From Myxococcota bacterium (lineage in GTDB: Bacteria > Myxococcota_A > Polyangia > Polyangiales > Sandaracinaceae), in contig JAYZQJ010000079.1 of assembly GCA_036149055.1 (NCBI GenBank), forward strand, positions 9,669 through 73,668: DNA of 64,000 bases. Direction: 5' to 3'. Position numbers and translations under genes: made by a program. Below are positions 60,575 through 64,000 of the stretch, one piece after another. The notes beneath the pieces were generated by a model, which was not told where the DNA came from, made no database searches, and saw nothing but the letters and a program-made list of their open reading frames with translations. Position 1 is the first letter of the stretch. Every line of letters begins with the position of its first letter.

Positions 60575-61087
60575 ATGCAGACGGTCACCGCGGCGCCGCT
60601 CACCGCCTCCGCCTACGCCCCGTTCGGGGCGGTCGTGGAGGCCAAGGCCACCCCGCCGCGCTCCGCGAACCACGGGCGCGCGGAGGCCTGGGACGATCTG
60701 GCGCCGCTGGTGAACGCGAGGCCCGGCGCGCGCCCCACGGCGAGCCTCTTCCGATGCGCTCCTCTTCAGGGGGCGCGGCTGGAGATCCGGTGGCTGGAGC
60801 GGCACGCGCACAGCACCCAGCTCTTCGTGCCGATGAGCGCGCGGCGTTACCTCGTGGTCGTGGCCGGGGGGCACGACGCGCCCGACCTGGACACCCTCGC
60901 CGCGTTCGTCGCCTCGGGCGCGCAGGCCATCACCTACGCGCCCGGCGTCTGGCACCACCCGATGGTCGCGCTCGACGCGTCGATCGACTTCGTCAACTTC
61001 ATTCACGCGGACGGGAGCGCCGCCGACTGCGACGAGGTCGGCTTCGATCCCCCCGTCGCGACGGTGGTCGTGCCCTCGACGGTCTGA
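60575..61087 (+). CDS. allA: Ureidoglycolate lyase
   Basis: LTASAYAPFG, LERHAHSTQLFVP, YAPGVWHHP. Confidence 0.85.
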   Translation: MQTVTAAPLTASAYAPFGAVVEAKATPPRSANHGRAEAWDDLAPLVNARPGARPTASLFRCAPLQGARLEIRWLERHAHSTQLFVPMSARRYLVVVAGGHDAPDLDTLAAFVASGAQAITYAPGVWHHPMVALDASIDFVNFIHADGSAADCDEVGFDPPVATVVVPSTV

Positions 61088-61989
61088 GCGACGGCGCGCT
61101 CGAGCGAGACGCCGACGGCGGGGAAGCGGGCCCGGAAGCGCGCGTCGTCCGCGAGGAACGGCCGATCCCACTGGTAGAAGGTCTCGAGCAGCTCGCGGAA
61201 GAGCGAGGCGAAGGGCCAGAGGAGCCAGAGCATCCAGCGGCGGATCACGCGCGGGCGGGGCGTGACTCCGAGCTGTCGGCCGAGCATCGCGTAGAGCGCG
61301 GCGGGCGCGACCTGGTGCACCGGGAGGTGGAAGACCGGCTCGCGGAGCTCTGCGTCGCCGAGGGCCGCGAGGCCCTGCGCCACGTCGCGGGTGTAGCTGA
61401 AGGCGTGGGGCGCCTCCGGATCGCCGAGCAGGAGCGGGCGCTCGCCGTTCGCCAGGCCGCGCACCGCGTCCGGCGACACGAGCGCCTGATCGGCGCCCTC
61501 GCCGAAGAAGTCGCCGGCGCGCCCGAGCACGTAGCGCAGGCCGCGCTCCTCGGCGGCTCGCGCGAGCGCCTCGGCGCAGCGCGCTCGGACCTGGCCCTTC
61601 CGTCCCTCGGCCCGCGTCGGCGTCTCCTCCGTGCGCGGTCCGTCGGTCACTCCGTAGGCGTAGAGGTTGTCGAGCACGACGAGGCGCGCGTCGTGGGTCA
61701 CCGCCGCCTCGATCAGCGCCTCCAGCATCGCGGGCAGCTCCGCCGCCCAGGCCTTCGCCGTGTAGCTCGACGGGTTCATGCAGTGATAGAGGGCGCTCGC
61801 CCCCGCCGCCGCGTCGACCGCGAACGCGGGATCGGTCGCGTCGCCGGACCTCGTCTCGAAGCCCTCCACCGGTCGGCTCGAGCGTCGCACCACCCGGACC
61901 CGGTGGCCGCGGCGGGCCAGCTCTCCTGCGAGCAGCGGGCCGATCTGTCCGGCGCCGAACACCACGTGCAGCTGCGTCTCGTCGTTCAT
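61003..61989 (-). CDS. NAD-dependent epimerase/dehydratase family protein
   Basis: VVFGAGQIG, DNLYAYG, KGQVRA, RAGDFFG. Confidence 0.85.
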   Translation of the reverse strand: MNDETQLHVVFGAGQIGPLLAGELARRGHRVRVVRRSSRPVEGFETRSGDATDPAFAVDAAAGASALYHCMNPSSYTAKAWAAELPAMLEALIEAAVTHDARLVVLDNLYAYGVTDGPRTEETPTRAEGRKGQVRARCAEALARAAEERGLRYVLGRAGDFFGEGADQALVSPDAVRGLANGERPLLLGDPEAPHAFSYTRDVAQGLAALGDAELREPVFHLPVHQVAPAALYAMLGRQLGVTPRPRVIRRWMLWLLWPFASLFRELLETFYQWDRPFLADDARFRARFPAVGVSLERAVAQTVEGTTTVATGGSKPTSSQSAALPSA

Positions 61990-62036
61990 CGTGACCTCCA
62001 TGCGGTCACTGTGTGGCTCGGTCTCGAATGCCACCA

Positions 62037-62051
62037 ATGCATCCGTGGTAT
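62037..62051. promoter_or_regulatory. Putative LysR recognition site
   Basis: ATGC-N7-GTAT (T-N11-A) in the AT-rich divergent spacer. Confidence 0.5.
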
Positions 62052-62062
62052 GAAATGCATGC

Positions 62063-63004
62063 ATGAAGGTCATGCATCTCGCGGCTCTCGACCTGAACCT
62101 CCTGCTGGCGCTGGACCGGCTGCTCGCGCACCGGAGCGTCACCGCGGCGGCGGCGGAGCTCGGCGTGACCCAGCCGGCGATGAGCCGGACCCTCGGGCGG
62201 CTACGAGACGCGCTCGACGATCCCCTGTTCGTCCGCGAGGGGAGGGCGCTGGTGCCGACGCCGCGGGCGCTCGCGCTGACGCCCAGGGTCACGGAGGCGG
62301 TGCGGGCCGCGGCCGCCGTCTTCGCGCCGGACGCGCCCTTCGATCCGGCGCGCGAGCGCGGCGTCTTCACCCTGGCGATGGGCGAGGAGACCCAGCGCGC
62401 GCTCGCGCCCGCCATCGTGCGCCGCGTCTGGGAGGAGGCGCCGGGGCTCGACCTCCGTTTCCGCGCGCTGACGGTGGAGAGCGTCGAGGAGGCGCGCCGG
62501 GGCGAGGTCGACCTCTCGATCGCGCCGGACCTCGCGGCGCTGCCCCGGAGCGCGGGCGGGGGCGTGGAGCTGAGCGAGCTGGTCCAGCGCCCGCTCTACG
62601 AGCGTCGGTGGGTCGTCTGCTCCTCAACGGATCGCCCGCGGCGGAGGCTGTCCCTGAAAACCTACGCGAGGCTGGCCCACGTGGTGCCGGGGCCGGACGC
62701 GAGCGGCCGCGGCTTCATCGACGACTACCTGGAGTCGCACGGCCTCTCGCGGCGGGTGGCCGCGTCCGTGGCCACCTTCGACGCCGCGGCGTCGCTGGTC
62801 GCGGGCACCGAGCTCATCGCGACGCTGCCGGACGACGTGGTCCGGACGAGCCCGCACGCGCTGGTGCTGGCGAGCCCGCCGGTCCCCATCCCGGTGGTCT
62901 CGATGCTGCTGCTCTGGATGCCGCGCGACACCACCGACCCGCGCCACCGGTTCGTGCGCGGGCGGGTGGCGGAGGCGGTTCAGGCGACGCTGACCGGCCC
63001 GTGA
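62063..63004 (+). CDS. LysR-family transcriptional regulator
   Basis: LDLNLLLAL..SVTAAAAELGVTQPAMSRTLGRLR..DPLFVR. Confidence 0.93.
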   Translation: MKVMHLAALDLNLLLALDRLLAHRSVTAAAAELGVTQPAMSRTLGRLRDALDDPLFVREGRALVPTPRALALTPRVTEAVRAAAAVFAPDAPFDPARERGVFTLAMGEETQRALAPAIVRRVWEEAPGLDLRFRALTVESVEEARRGEVDLSIAPDLAALPRSAGGGVELSELVQRPLYERRWVVCSSTDRPRRRLSLKTYARLAHVVPGPDASGRGFIDDYLESHGLSRRVAASVATFDAAASLVAGTELIATLPDDVVRTSPHALVLASPPVPIPVVSMLLLWMPRDTTDPRHRFVRGRVAEAVQATLTGP

Positions 63005-63327
63005 TCGTCGCAGTGATCGCCGTGCGGGTGGTGCAGATGCCCGTCGACCAGGTAGTCGTGGTGGTCGCCGTGGGGGACCTGCTCGTGGCCGCACCCGGGG
63101 CCGTGCTCGTGGTCGTCCTCGTGCCCGTCGCAGCTGTGCGCGGGCGTGCACGCGGCCGGGTTCTCGCCGCCCACGGCGATCTTGTGATCGTCGACGTGGT
63201 CGCCGTGCGGGTGATGCAGGTGGCCGTCGTGCAGGTAGTCGACGTGGCCGTCGTGGCGGACCGCGGTGTGTCCGCAGTCCGGCCCGTGCTGATGGTCGTG
63301 CGGGCCCTCGTGCTTGTCGTGGCTCAT
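62980..63327 (-). CDS. Histidine-rich putative metal-binding protein
   Basis: 29 His in 115 aa; two HGPxCGH...DYLxDGHLHHPHGDHxDDH repeats. Confidence 0.85.
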   Translation of the reverse strand: MSHDKHEGPHDHQHGPDCGHTAVRHDGHVDYLHDGHLHHPHGDHVDDHKIAVGGENPAACTPAHSCDGHEDDHEHGPGCGHEQVPHGDHHDYLVDGHLHHPHGDHCDDHGPVSVA

Positions 63328-63671
63328 GCGTGGCTCCCTTCCGCGGCGTGATCGAGCGCCGCTCGCACGAGCTCACCCACGTGATCGTCGGCGAGCTCGT
63401 AGTAGACGTGTTTGCCCTCCCGCCGCCGGCGCACGAGGTGCGCGTCCCGGAGGAGACGGAGGCGCTGGCTGACGGTCGACATGCCCACCCCGGCGGCGTC
63501 GGCGAGCTCGCTCACGCAGTGCGCGCCGCCCGCGGAGAGGCGCTCGAGCAGCCGGAGCCGGCTCGGGTCGCCCATCGCCCGGAGCATCGCCGCGCCGCGC
63601 TCCAGCACCCCGTCGCTCGAGAGCGTCAGGGGCCGGGCGCCGTGCTCGTGATCGCAGCGATCGTCCGTCAC
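63324..63671 (-). CDS. ArsR/SmtB-family metal-sensing repressor
   Basis: GDPSRLRLL, HCVSELA, STVSQRLRLLR; alpha5 motif DDH-x10-HAAE. Confidence 0.9.
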   Translation of the reverse strand: MTDDRCDHEHGARPLTLSSDGVLERGAAMLRAMGDPSRLRLLERLSAGGAHCVSELADAAGVGMSTVSQRLRLLRDAHLVRRRREGKHVYYELADDHVGELVRAALDHAAEGSHA

Positions 63672-63687
63672 TTCATCAACTGATGAA
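63672..63687. promoter_or_regulatory. Putative ArsR/SmtB operator
   Basis: Perfect 7-2-7 palindrome TTCATCA-AC-TGATGAA abutting the start codon. Confidence 0.65.
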
Positions 63688-63724
63688 TCGTTCGGGCGTC
63701 CCCGTCAAGGGGTGACGGAACGGA

Positions 63725-63756
63725 AAGAGCCGATCCGGGCTCCCGGATCGGCTCTT
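63725..63756. terminator. Perfect 15-bp hairpin (probable terminator)
   Basis: AAGAGCCGATCCGGG-CT-CCCGGATCGGCTCTT. Confidence 0.6.
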
Positions 63757-64000
63757 CGAGGTTCGCCGCGCGACCGCTCAGGAGGTGGCAAATAGTGGCG
63801 CCGGGGCACCCCCGCCCGCTTCCACGACTGACCCGACACGACGGCAGGCGACGAGCGCAGCGAGGTCGCCGCGCGCGCCACTCGAGTCGTTCGATCCCGC
63901 GGCAGCGGGCGGCCAGCTCGCGCGCAGCGCGAGCGCGAGCCGCAGGGCCCCCAGCGCCCCGTCGCTGGGGTCGCGGAGCGAGCGCGCAGCGCGAGGCGCC

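Noticed and set aside
63795..63900. tRNA, SRP RNA or tmRNA fragment (TGGCG start, GTTCGATCCC)
   Set aside because: I could not build a cloverleaf or find the conserved SRP/tmRNA motifs

Overview
Very GC-rich, gene-dense chromosomal segment. It most likely comes from a myxobacterium (Polyangia/Sandaracinus-like), inferred from a MYXO-CTERM protein, Cys-rich and VWA lipoproteins, Hanks-type kinases and an ECF/FecR module. About 55 real CDSs are present, and most long ORFs in the six-frame track are antisense or off-frame GC shadows. Housekeeping and repair genes: RpoD-like sigma, glnS, tmcA, stand-alone fusA, LigC and Prim-PolC. Lipid and acid catabolism: acyl-CoA dehydrogenase, enoyl-CoA hydratase and BKACE with a LiuR-type regulator and box; Mpo1/DUF962, TetR, EthA-like monooxygenase and SDR. 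I saw no rRNA, tRNA, CRISPR array or transposase. Most interesting: (1) an ECF sigma/FecR/small beta-barrel signalling module with back-to-back TGAGCC-N16-CGC(A/C)TC promoters that also face a Ca-binding adhesin-like operon; (2) a GxxExxY nuclease gene enclosed in inverted (CGCAGAGG)3 arrays; (3) a DUF3556 protein that shares the vitamin-K-carboxylase lysine motif and lies between a Glu-rich exported protein and a FAD oxidoreductase, with a second, canonical HTTM/VKGC-like gene about 8 kb away; (4) an SmtB-type repressor with an operator and a 25%-His protein; (5) a DinI-like small protein. All family calls come from motifs recognised by eye, not from database searches.
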